A stretch of DNA of 56,176 nucleotides, counting the filler, from Sphacelaria rigidula (Eukaryota): the NCBI GenBank assembly GCA_964200075.2. It is 5 parts of 5 records of this genome, joined end to end, with 100 filler letters (N's around TTAATTAATTAA, not from the genome) between each part and the next. Parts side by side here need not be neighbours in the genome. Positions count along the whole stretch, not along the records: positions 33,768 to 44,922 come from CAXNAA020005318.1; positions 45,023 to 56,176 come from CAXNAA020005319.1; 3 more parts are not named here. The stretch is one strand, 5' to 3'. Below, piece after piece: positions 37,173-48,460 of the stretch (position 1 is the first letter of the stretch; each line of letters starts with the position of its first letter). The position numbers were made by a program, and so were the translations under genes. The notes beneath the pieces were generated by a model. It searched no databases. It had not been told where the DNA came from and saw only the letters and a program-made list of their open reading frames with translations.

Positions 37173-38027
37173 ATATGAAAGGTGTGGTAAATCACACAAA
37201 TCAGATCTGTTAATGAAGCAAAGAAACTCGAGACACGGAAAAGTAAGCAAAACAAGAACTATACCTCAGGAGAATATGTGGATACGAAGCGAGAGTTGAA
37301 TAGCATCCCGAGGTGCCCATGGAGAAAAACAGCAAGATTTGAAGAAAAGAGGGAAATTTCAGAACGGTGCGCACTGGCGAGCATACTATGGGTTATGGGC
37401 TTCGAACGAGGTCTCGAAAATGGGGGTTCAACATCGCGGTGGGATCATCCTGCCATTGGACTTGAGGGGTTTGGGCCGAAATATTTTGTCAAACGACAGT
37501 AGTTTCGGATAGTTTATGCATATGTTAAAAGCTAAGCAGGTGTGGCTAGTAGTACCCAATTAATGCGGTGTATACGTGTGTCGACGACGATACCACCGGA
37601 GGAGCAAGGGCGAAGGGGAAGCTCCGCGCCCGTGTCCTATGTGTGTCCTCGTTCGGGGATTCCCAATCGCTGAAGAGATGGTATCACCATTACATACCCA
37701 TTTTTCCAGCCCTTCCGTCGACACAAGAATGGCAGGCGGTTATTCGCACAGTGCAAAAGAATGATCGGGTTGCCGAAACTCCACTGATGTATTCGTGTTT
37801 CGTCCGTGGCGCTGACCAGTGCAAAGATCGTTTGCTTTCTGCCCCTCTTTTTGGACAGGATGTACCTCTGTGCGCCACAGAGCATATCGTCGAAAAACAG
37901 GGCGACGTTCCTGTCACCGGTATCCCGCTATCATATACTTTGAAGAACACACGCGCGAGCAATGACCGTTCCGCAAAGGTCCAATCGCGCGCGGGGGGTG
38001 CCATCGGTAATTTTGACGTTTGCTTGA

Positions 38028-38815
38028 GCCGTCGCGTCCCGGTGGTGTAATAGTGCGAGTGTCACCGTTAGGGTGGAGAGAACGTGGGTTCGACTCCCGA
38101 TGTGTTTGCTTTATTCTTCGAAGTATCTGATTCCACCGTCGAAAGCGTGAGGGCGTGAGTGAACAAAAAGTAGTTGGCTGAGAGTCATGCTACGATAGGG
38201 TGCACTCATGATCATGCATGCCATAGCCATAAGACCATTGACCTCGCATCCCTACAATGCCGGGNNNNNNNNNNTTGTTCGAGCCGAAGCCTACTGATTC
38301 ATCTTGCGTTTGGATGACAGCCAACAATGAGTTGCTTTATTCTTCGGTATCGCCACTTCCAGAGACCGCCACGGCTTTTACACCTCCTCATGGGTGCATA
38401 CCAGTGCTACGATAGGGGGGGGGCGTATTTTGGGCCGCTTTCTTCCACGAAGTTCTACCTGCAATCGTCGTTGATAGCAGCAACGGTAGTTCGAACGCGC
38501 TTGCTTCCGATTTATGACGCTCATTTATACTGTTTGACATCGTTTGTATCCAAATACAAGCGCATCGCGAGTGTGTGGGGTCATCTGACGCACCTATGAG
38601 CCAATTTGTTCGTGGAATCGAACACCCCCCCCTATCGTAGCATGACTCCTGACTTCGTTCGAGGACAGTTTACGTGGTGCGGGAGTGCTGACCCAATCTG
38701 TGGGACAAAGATACGAGGCGTGTACCAAGGGAGAGATGGGTTGATCCCTTGAGACCACGGACGCGTCCCGAGGAAAGGGAGTTCTAAGTGGGACAAATCA
38801 AAAAGTAATCAAAAG
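38028..38815 (+). mobile_element. SINE family 2 copy interrupted by a MITE
   Basis: Head CCCGGTGGTGTAATAG...GGTTCGACTCC at 38038-38098 and tail GATCCCTTGAGACCACGGAC at ~38743 match 31844-32098. Confidence 0.75.
38182..38648. mobile_element. MITE with GAG...CTC termini and 4-bp TSD (Sola-like)
   Basis: Perfect 19-bp TIR GAGTCATGCTACGATAGGG / CCCTATCGTAGCATGACTC with CTGA on both flanks. It spans a 10-N gap at 38265-38274. Confidence 0.75.
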
Positions 38816-39260
38816 CAACTGGGACAAGGACAGTCGTACACATCCGGGTTGGGGGAACGTACTGTAGTAGAAAATGTTGTAAAAATTTAGACGATGTAGT
38901 CTATATTCATTACGTTTGAATGAAGTTGTTGCAACAAAAGATAGCGGTACAATTTGTTGCGTTTGAACGAAACAATTAACCACGTAAGACCGTTTCATAA
39001 GTATCCTTTTCACGGAGAGTATCTCTTTTGTGTTGATTTATGGTCCACCTGTGTGAATGACGTTTCAGGTAGGATACTGCTACAGTAGGCGTGTTGCCAT
39101 GACTTGTCAATGAAAGATACTCTAGCAGAGTATTTAGGCCACGTAAGCTATAGGGTATCTTGTGTGCAACTTTGCAGTTAATCTAAGCTAGCAAGGCTAC
39201 CGCGTCAGCAATAGCGAAGCTGAATTGAATGATACGATTAGACCTTACATACGTGTAGAG

Positions 39261-40731
39261 TGTTGGATTCTTCTTCCAGTATTGAACATGGTTGTATTCG
39301 GTGGTCTATGGCCCTTGCAATCACTCTCCCAAGCTTACCAAGCTCTTCTTCATTTCCTCAGTACTCTGCTTGCAAAAGAGGCTGTCTTGATTTTATTCGG
39401 CCGAAGTGAAGAGCCCCAAACACCATTTTTGTCTTTGGACTTTCTGTCTGCTGCAGAAGCGAGTGGTTTGACCACCACTGTGCAACCTCTGCTAACCTAC
39501 TGTCTTCGCGACGGTCGTCGGTCTGTTTCGACAACAGTACCAAACCACGAGCCACAATTATTTCCAACAGGTTTTGAGCCTTCGATTCGCGACCACGTAG
39601 TCCTTCCGGTCATCGGCCTTTGATTCAAGACTACGACGGTCAGCACGAGCGAGGGGACGCCTCTTCAAGGTCGTCTCAGCAGCATCAATCAGAAGACCAA
39701 GAATTCAGATCCATTCACAGGATCTGCAGGTGTGAATAGAAAGTTGAACAAATAAAACTTGAGGCAGATGAATACATCGGGAGAGCCATCTTTAACTCAA
39801 CTCATCAGGAGTATAAACAAGTTTGACGGTACGAAATTCGTCGAGTGGACGCGCTCTACGCGCGCGATAATTTCCTTGACTCATCCGAGGATATCTGATA
39901 TTCTCAACGGGGTTGAACGCCCCCCGGAAATTTAAGAAGATTTTTCTGAGGTAGATCACCCACAACCACCTGCCAGATCGACATCAAGAACAAGCCCCAT
40001 TGCGACCCATTCCAGAAGCGATTTGTAGCCGCCCGCTCGTTCGCCGTTACCATCGGTGGAAGCAACCGCGGGGAGCGAGACGACAGCAGCGGCGGGTGAC
40101 ACTGAAGCTGCCGGTGACCGAGCCCAACCTCTTGTTCAAGAAGTGTCTGATCATCCCAGCGGGGACTCAAATGTGAGAAAACTTTTGAACAAGCGTGAGA
40201 TACAAAACTGGGACCGGTATAACGAACAGTTGTTCAACGTTTTGTACTTATCGACAACTGGCTCAGGCAAGTTACTTCTTGCGTTTTCAGCCGAAGGGTT
40301 CAGAAAAAACAAACGGCAAAAGTGCGTGGGGAGGATTGGTAGCCAAGTACCAAAATTCATCTGAGCAAAGACGCCACTTACTGATGCGACAGCTGGACAC
40401 CATGACTATGTCACCAGGACAAGACCCGGATGTTTTTTTGGCAAGACTATTCCAGCTCCGAGACGAGCTCGTGCACATTGGCGAGTCCATCTCCGACGAA
40501 AGACTCACTGATAAAATAGTCGAGGGTCTGACCAGCGAGTATCGCCAAGTGAAATATAACGCAGGACGAGACCCAGACTTGAGCATCAGGGATATTGAAA
40601 CAACCCTACGTAACATGTATGCCAGTAGACTGGCGAGGAAAGTAACCGCGAGCAGATCACATGGCCGTGATTTTTTATGCTGCCGGCAGCAATGTCGAAC
40701 TCCTCGAACCAACCCACAATTATTTCCAACA
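39261..40731 (+). mobile_element. Decayed Ty1/copia LTR retrotransposon: 5' LTR, PBS, gag pseudogene, 3' LTR end; pol missing
   Basis: LTR 39261-39569 is bounded by TGTTGGA...TCCAACA, followed by PBS-like GGTTTTGAGCC. The gag from ATG 39768 (INKFDGTKFVEW...NGKSAWGGLVAKYQ...DPDVFLARLFQLRDEL...IVEGLTSEY) has a stop and frameshift. CACAATTATTTCCAACA is repeated, ending at 40731. Confidence 0.8.
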
Positions 40732-41949
40732 GAAAACCGACGACCATGGAGAGTTTCTGAGCATGCAGAGTAAAACAACATACTTCTGGCGGCGACTTCG
40801 TTGCTGCTGGTGTGGTCCACGTGGGGGCTGGTATACCGTAATCTGTGAGCTGTAGCCCATGTGATATGTAGTCGATGCGCGTGGGGAGGAGCGTTGACTT
40901 CGAACTTTCGACTTTGCGGGGGCCATCACAAGCCTGTGACTAACGCGACATATGGTTCCACCGGGAGCAAGCAGATTTTCGTAACATGAAGTACTTGCCG
41001 CTTCATTTGTGGCCCCCGCCGCGAGCGCTGACCAAAAAGTCTTGACTGAGATAGGTTGGGCTGGCTTTCGAAGAGAGCAGATGAGAGAAGTCCAGATATT
41101 TCACTGTCTCTGGCTGTCGGCGAAGTGTTCATGTGTTTGGGAACAAACATGAATAGTTTTGATATTTGAACTATTTTCACAGCCTTCACAAGGCTGTGAA
41201 GAACTGACAGAAGCCGCTTTCCTCGACTTCCGTCAGGGGTAAAACAAAATGCCACAGTTTTGGCGAGCCCCGGGTAACGTTGCCAAGGACAGGCAGTATT
41301 CAATGAATGAAATTCCACAGTTTCACACCTGTCAAGTGTTTCTAGAAATGAATGTACTATTCCGAACACGAGCGGGTGCACTGCACTTCTTTTCCATACT
41401 TGTCCCCGTATGCCGATGTCCAAACACTCGCGCAACAAAACTCTCAAATGTCCAATGCGAAGGCTAGGATTAATTCGTGCAGACGGGCGGCATAAAATCC
41501 AGCTACCAATGTTAATGAACATGGTTGGAACTCCACGTGCACCACTGCTGGGAGAATTCAAGATACACAGCGCGAACTTGATTGGCATACATCATTAAAA
41601 TTTCATATTTAAATATAATAACTTATGCGCCTCAGAAGGGCAACTTCGACGCAAGGTTTCCCGCTACAGACAGATGGTAGCGCCCTAACTTATATCGACA
41701 CGTTTCCACGCCGGAGACGCTAGGAGCGATGTCGGCCTCGTCCTGAGCCCGCCGGACAAACGACAAACAGATGTTTTGCAATATTTTCGTGGCTATTTGT
41801 GCTCTCGGGCCGAAATCGCGCTGAGGGAACACAACGTAGGCGACGCGATTCCCAAAAGTACCTTGATACGCACAGAGCACCAAGCAGCCCAATATTATTC
41901 GAAGTACTTGCCAAGACAGTTTGTATCAAATAAGGGCGGTTCGAAGCAT

Positions 41950-42310
41950 CCATGGTGTGTATCCATATCCATCTGGAACACCCATCTTTTTGGTAATAAT
42001 ATAAGCAAGGGTTAGGGCGGGGGTGAGTGATTTCTAGTCTTAGTCTTGTACTTAGAGCTAAGGTTGGAGTTAGGGTTGGGGTTACGATATTGTATTCGGA
42101 GTTATGGCGAGGGTTGGGGCTTGAGATATAGTTAAGGCTAGCGATAGCCGTGATGGTCATGGATATCCATCATGGATATCCCAGATGGATAGCCATGACA
42201 GCTATGAATATCCCAGATGGATACCCAGATCCCAGGTCCATGTCGATGATGGACATCCATATCCGTCAAAAACATCAGATCCATCACGGATATCCCATTC
42301 ATCATGGATG
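41950..42310. repeat. GATATC-rich degenerate array enclosing a degenerate TTAGGG tract
   Basis: GGATATCC/CCAGATGG motifs at 41950-41990 and 42150-42310, with GGGTTAGGG variants at 42008-42140. Confidence 0.65.
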
Positions 42311-42329
42311 TTGTGAACAATGGTGAATA

Positions 42330-44922
42330 TCTGCCGATGCCCCACGACCACTTTCATCTTGTGACCATGCTGTAGGATCCACTAGTTTGTAATTTTCTCG
42401 CGGCTACACTTGCCTGTGCAATGCTGAGCTCAGAAAAAGCTGCCTGCCAGTTACATTGATTTATAGCTCATCGACAAAACTGGTCGCTGAAAATGGATCC
42501 AGGCCTGTAGGGCTGCAAGCACAGAGGACTGCTGCCGAGATAGACCCCCCCCCCGAACCGGCCAAAAAAGTGCACGGAGGTGATGGTCATAAATGCCGTT
42601 AAAGCTGGTTTCGTGCTGCACGACGCGACTCATTCGGAAGTTATAGCTGATTTCGGACTGCTACACGCCTCTCATGTGGGCGACATTGCTGCAAACGAGC
42701 CCGATGGTGGGATCGCAACCGGTTCGTCGGACGGTCTCCGGTGCACTTTGTGTGGGGGGCTATCCCGGCATTAGTCAGAGATACGAGTACTTATTGGGAC
42801 ACGAATGCGGTATTCAAACCGTATGATACCTTCCAAGTCTGCGTTGACCCGAAGCCAAAAGGATAATAGCATTATTGGCTTTGCTTTGAGCAGCAGTTGC
42901 TGCAATGCACCGCCACCCATCACCACCCAATAATACGCCAATCGTCCGAAAAAACGTGAAGGCAAGGATCTTACCTTCTCCTTCCAGGTCAGGACCACTC
43001 CATTGTAAATTGACAGCTGCACCTCTAGAGTCAGCTTGTAAAAATCCAGCGGCGAGTCGCTGACCAAATCTCTGCATCCAACATATGCGCAGCAGAGCGT
43101 GCAACAAAAAAGAGTTACCCATCCGTGCTGCAGCGGCATATGCGTGCACATTGTTGTCATTTTTATGACACGATCAAAGCAGACGAAAATGGATTATACT
43201 GCGCGACATCTTTAATGACCAATGAGCCAAGATTGCCAAGATTGCAACACGGGTAACCCTGCAACGGCAGAAAAGCAGTCCCGTCCATTCACCACCCAGC
43301 GAACCTTCCGGTACGGTCTACGGCATCAAATAAACGTTTAGCTAGAGCACTGTAATGCGTGAGAGGACCGCGTGCTTAGAGGACCGCATCGGAATTCGAA
43401 CGTCCCTATGGTTAGGGTCAGGGGCGTGGTACCTGCAGGGACTGACCCGATTGGTTTTGAAAAACGTCGATCCTGAGGTTTTTCGAACTACGGCGCGGTC
43501 CTCGAAGCACGCGGTCCTCTCACGCATTACAGCACACTACTACTGTGGATGGTAGAAATATCAATCAGCAAAAGCGATGAGGTGGCTTTGTCCCCAAAAT
43601 ATTCTCATGATGGTATAACAGCAGCACCGCCGCGGAGTCGATCCTCAACCTACAGGCCATCGGCCTCCCTGCTAGTTCATGGCAAACAAGGTTTTCAGCC
43701 TTACCGCAGGAAGTAGGCAGCCTTGAGCGGAATGAGTGAGGTGAACTTATTGTCGAAGAACTTGATGGTCGACTGCCTGAGTTCGTCAGTCGCTGTGAGC
43801 CGCGACTCGTCAATGACGACGCGTGCATCATCTTTGTACCTGTGACCAAAGGCAAGAACACACAAACGATTGGCGTCTCCAAGGCAGATCATGACGGTAT
43901 ATGAAACAATATCCCGGGGAAGAGGGAGAATGGCATGTGCTCCTAGACCCTCCACAGCAGGGAGAAGGGAATAATCGGGCTAGAAGAAGTATAAAAGACA
44001 ATGTTCAGCTCACCATATCAAGTCCACCGTGATGTTTCACCAATTGAATCAGCCGTAGGAACACTACTGCATAGGCCAGCTGTACTCAAGGTGGTCCATC
44101 GAAGCGAGATAGGATCTGAAACGTGCAAGATTATGAAGTACTGCCAAAGTAGTTGCAGAACGACGCTGATACCCAGCCGATTCAAGTGATGGAACGATAA
44201 AACCCCGAGGGTGCCCGTAAATCAAAATCAGTACACCAAGGCCTGGAAAGTTGAGAATCGGTGGTGCTTCCGGGGGGTAGGCCGGGGTACTCGCGGACTG
44301 GAATCTCAGATAGCATGCACCCCCCCCTCTCCCCTCGGGAAACGTTTCAAATTTTGGACCAAAACGTGTCTGAAAACTGTAGTACTCCCGGTGTGTCAAT
44401 CCACGTATCTCCTGTTCGTTCTGTACATCGACAGGCATGGCGCACCCTCTGTTTCTTTGCTTGATAAGAAGTGGAGGTGCCACCAGTTACTATATTAGGT
44501 AGCAAGCGCCGAAGACACCTGCCAACGTGGCACTGAAACACGACTTGGTGTATTCCCTTCGTGTTTCAGTTGGGAGCCAGTCGGTCCGCACGGGCACCGT
44601 AGGGGGGGGGGAATCTGAGGAGTTAAGGGAGGCAATATTAAGCAAACACCATACCCTCCTGAAAGTCTGAAGTTGTTCTCCAGCATGTAACTGGATACTA
44701 CCCTTTCCTGCCCTAACATCTCTAGTTCATGGAGATAGGAGCGTCCCAGCATGCGAGTTTATCGGCGAAGCTGCACGATTGGGGAACGAGAGGGGTGGTA
44801 AAGTGCAGCATCAGAAGAAAGACCGCCTGTCACATGTCTTGCGAAGCAGCTATTAGCAGCCGATCATCTATGTTGAGGATGGTGCTTTTCATTGAGGATG
44901 AGAACCCGGAGGATTAAAATCT
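42330..44922 (-). pseudogene. Decayed protein-coding remnant, possibly a CxC/KDZ (Zisupton-like) transposase region
   Basis: Protein-like frames broken by stops, frameshifts and MITE insertions (PPPLRCPCGP; FYKLTLEVQLSIYNGVV; EISYNFRMSRVVQHETSFNGIYDHHL). The family assignment is only an impression. Confidence 0.25.
43351..43531. mobile_element. TGT...ACA MITE (Ginger-like), short variant
   Basis: TIR matches at 36/37 positions, with a 4-bp TSD GCAC (43347-43350, 43532-43535). Only one TTAGGG. Confidence 0.85.
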
Positions 44923-45022
44923 NNNNNNNNNNNNNNNNNNNNNNNNNNNNNNNNNNNNNNNNNNNNTTAATTAATTAANNNNNNNNNNNNNNNNNNNNNN
45001 NNNNNNNNNNNNNNNNNNNNNN
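44923..45022. other. Artificial contig spacer
   Basis: N44-TTAATTAATTAA-N44. Confidence 0.98.
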
Positions 45023-46514
45023 AGCGCAAAGGTAGCGCTTTGGCTTCTCGGGCCCTGCTGTCACGTAATTTGTGTTTTTGGATGAGCAATCTGAGAGTCC
45101 CCTTCGATTTGTTATTTTCGGTAGCTCATGAGCTGTCCGACGTGTGAACAAATGAGTACGCCCCCCCCCCTCGATCCCCCGCCAGATGGGCTGCTACCCG
45201 CCAGAGCATCTTGACCATTGGGGGAGACTATAAGAGCGGACAACACCAAATGCGGCATGGTGCAATCAGTTAGCATATTACTATATTTTTATACTTTGAC
45301 GAGGTGTTGACAAATCTGTGCCAGCGCGTTGACCATCATTCAGGCGACATGGCGCGGCGACAGAGAGGGGAGCGAGGGCGCGCGGGGTGTTATTCATCGT
45401 GATTGACGAACGCGTAAAACGGAGCTTGCACCTGTGGTACCGTATGCTTGACCGTTTCACATACTGGTATTGCTAATATTTTATCGCGTCATAGATCAAC
45501 GCCTGCACAGGACCTTGACAGAGATACTGTGGTCACAGGATTTTGCCGTGCGGCGGCGACAGCAGCCTTTTCAGTTGTTGACGTTCGGTTGAGCTTGCCC
45601 GGACTGAACGGTGAGATCGAGGCATAACTCTGCCCGTTCGAGATCAAATCTGCGACCACACAACATCAAGTATCGTACTTCCGTTGAGCCTCGAGGACAC
45701 GACCTAGTGACCCTGCCGCAGCTCTTTTCAGCATCACCAGCGATCCGTGTACAGCACGAATTCCAACATGTAACGCATCTGCCACACAGTATTGTCAGTA
45801 CCGTCACTACATGTTGTGTCGTACAGACAGCACACACGCCAGGGATGGCACACGAAGTTCCCTCACATATTATCGTTGCCCAAGTCCAGACCCCATACCA
45901 AGGACCGCCTTCCGGAAGCACCACTAGCAGCCCCAGTAGTGGTACCGATACTCAAAGACGGTAGCCCTAGTAGCAACGCGAAAGTAAAGATGGCATCGGC
46001 CCCCAAAATCCACAACATCTTTGTCTCGATCCTCGGACCTAACCGTCGCCGCCGCTTGCCACCTGGCACGATACCCGCAAACCGTCGACTTTGCTTCAAC
46101 TGTACTGTGGATTCACTGTCCAGTTTCCTTCATTGGCTCCAGACGAGCAATCACTACCAAAAATATAATGAGTGTTATCTAGGGTAGGACTTCGGGTCGC
46201 TGCACCTGGTAAAATGTCAGCGAGCGACCCCTCGTGATGTCCGAGAGTCCTAGAGACGGACGTACACGTTGCTACCGCAATCACATACGACCATGATATA
46301 TCAGTTCCCGTTTGCAAGTCCGGTTTGAAAATCGATTTTTTTATTTTTTGCTGTGTACGTGCACTGATAGTATTTTTTATTAGTACTTTTCTATTTTCGC
46401 ATATGTAGCTAAGAATGAGCCCGTTGTTCTGAACGCCAACTTACCGGTGTCAATTCAAATGTAAATCCAAACATATTTTGTAAAGCTCGACAACACGCGT
46501 AAAGTAAATATAAT

Positions 46515-46882
46515 GTGTGTGTTATCGTGTTTTGTCGTCATATCTATTCTGGACTCCAGTCTACACCTTTCGGTATATATATATGTGGGCGCACCAGCCG
46601 GGGTCACACAGGAAGGTCAACACAGGAGTCTTTTTGCTTTGTCTTTGTTTTTAGTACCCCACCTTCCTTCTGCGGGGCTTACCTTTCTTTTTTATCGCGA
46701 GAGGGGTTCAGCAACCCCTTTCCCTCGTTGACCGTTTCGTCGAATTTGTGTACCCACGACGTTGTCGCTCTCCACTGTTGGGTATGGTGTGAGAAAAAAT
46801 CCCAGATCGCTCCGAGATTTGAACCCACGATCCAACCGTCCGAAGGTTTCGAGGTTACCAACTGAGTCATCGGGGCGACCGG
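46515..46882 (-). mobile_element. tRNA-derived SINE family 1, full length
   Basis: Colinear with 14262-14626. B-box-like GGTTCAAATC on the minus strand. Confidence 0.8.
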
Positions 46883-46974
46883 CTGAACTTTACAATAGAA
46901 TGAATGATAGTTGGTACTTCCAGATTTAGGGTAGATGAGTACGAGCACGGGTAATGTGAGCGGCCAATACTTCA

Positions 46975-47470
46975 CCACATACATACAAACTCTGAAATAT
47001 TCAGTATTTCGGAAGTCCATACGATACTCCAGCATGTACTGCTCCGGAATACCGATCCTGTTCGGCAGGCGATACTCTACTTCGTAGGTACTAGAAATTC
47101 TCGGAATTCGGTATCGATACTCTCCAGGTAGATAAACTCTGGAGTATCCAGTGTTTTCGGCAGTCAAATTATATGCGAGTGGTGCGACGGTAGGGGTGCA
47201 CAAGATTTTCCCCTGATAATCTCCCAACTTATGATCATTTAAATGAGAAAAATCTGAGCGAAATGGGCAACCTCAGACAACCTTTGGCGTGGCACCACTC
47301 ATACCATACTCAGGGATACCCACTATTTTCATACAGTAGTCGATAATCCAGGTACCACCAGTGTAACTCTGTGGTGTAGCAGTGGGTACTGAGTACGTAA
47401 AGTACTCTAAAACGTACCTGGCGTATCGCACTCTATCCCAGGGAACCTTTAAAATACTCCGACTAAATAA
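46975..47470. repeat. Degenerate GAGTAT/ATACTC-rich array
   Basis: Recurrent ATACTC, GGAGTAT, GGAATA and GTACT motifs. Confidence 0.5.
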
Positions 47471-48219
47471 GTCCTGCACCAGTAATGCACAAAAATATCC
47501 GTCCACTGAAGGACTACGCGAAGACTGACATCACGAGAACCCCCCCCCCCGCGCGCGCGGTGATTTCCGTCTCGAAAGGGATGCGCGGTCAACGGCCAAA
47601 CGATTATATCAAGGCAAGCAACAAATGAGTACGCCCCCCTCGCCGATTACTCGGGTAAAATACGGATTTCGCGCGGACGCTTCTAGCCCAAATACGCAGT
47701 GAGTTGTTTTCAACTCCTGCAGCCTGCAGGTGTAGATATGTTGAATCGGCACCGTCGTCATGACGTTCACTTTCCTTGATGATGGCCATGTATCTCGTAA
47801 ATGACGGCCAGAAGGGGTGTATGTGTCTCTGTTCGTATTATGATTTGACAAGGTTTTAGCGGTAGGGGGCGCAACAACCCTAAACGACAAAAAACTGGGC
47901 GGATAATGATGTCGCGGGCGCAAGAGCGACGGATGTAAATACAACAGCAGCTTGTTGTGCGTAGATTTCTGGAACACCTATTCGATTTCATACATACACA
48001 TGGATTGGGTTGTATATATACAGTATCTTGGAATCTTGCCCCAGTACTTTAAGTTACAGCAAGCAAGGCCGTCAAGAAAGAGCATGAGGGCACGCTCAGA
48101 AAAAAATCATTTTTGCTATTCCAAAGCTAGACAATGTGACATTTGTAGCTCTAATATCTAGCTTCAGCAAAGAAACCAGTTTCACCCTGGACACACCACT
48201 CCGCCGTAATGCTGCGCTA

Positions 48220-48257
48220 TTGCTGCTGCTGCTGCTGCTGCTGCGCTACTGCTTAAG

Positions 48258-48313
<56 letters not shown>

Positions 48314-48329
48314 GAGGATGATGATGATG
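48220..48329. repeat. Compound (GCT)n/(GTT)n/(GAT)n microsatellite downstream of the LRR gene
   Basis: Read directly from the sequence. Confidence 0.9.
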
Positions 48330-48460
48330 TGGTCGGAGCACGGTGAATCTCACGTTTCTCCCATTCTGAAAATCATATGGGGTGGCATGGTGATGAGACA
48401 ACACATTGTCGTAACATCACCACCACAGAAACAAGAAAACCACCAGCTTATATCATTTTT

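Noticed and set aside
40926-41588. 220-aa minus-strand ORF as an intact gene
   Set aside because: No recognisable domain, and it lies in a decayed repeat-rich region. Kept only as part of the unexplained remnant.
45905-45965. EAPLAAPVVVPILKDGS resembling the start of a gypsy reverse transcriptase
   Set aside because: No downstream RT motifs in any frame that I could find, so probably coincidental.
33161-48460. Dynein gene apparently missing its first ~3500 codons (possible truncation or pseudogene)
   Set aside because: The contig ends at 33667 in a LINE fragment and the next contig is unrelated. All 20 visible exons are intact.
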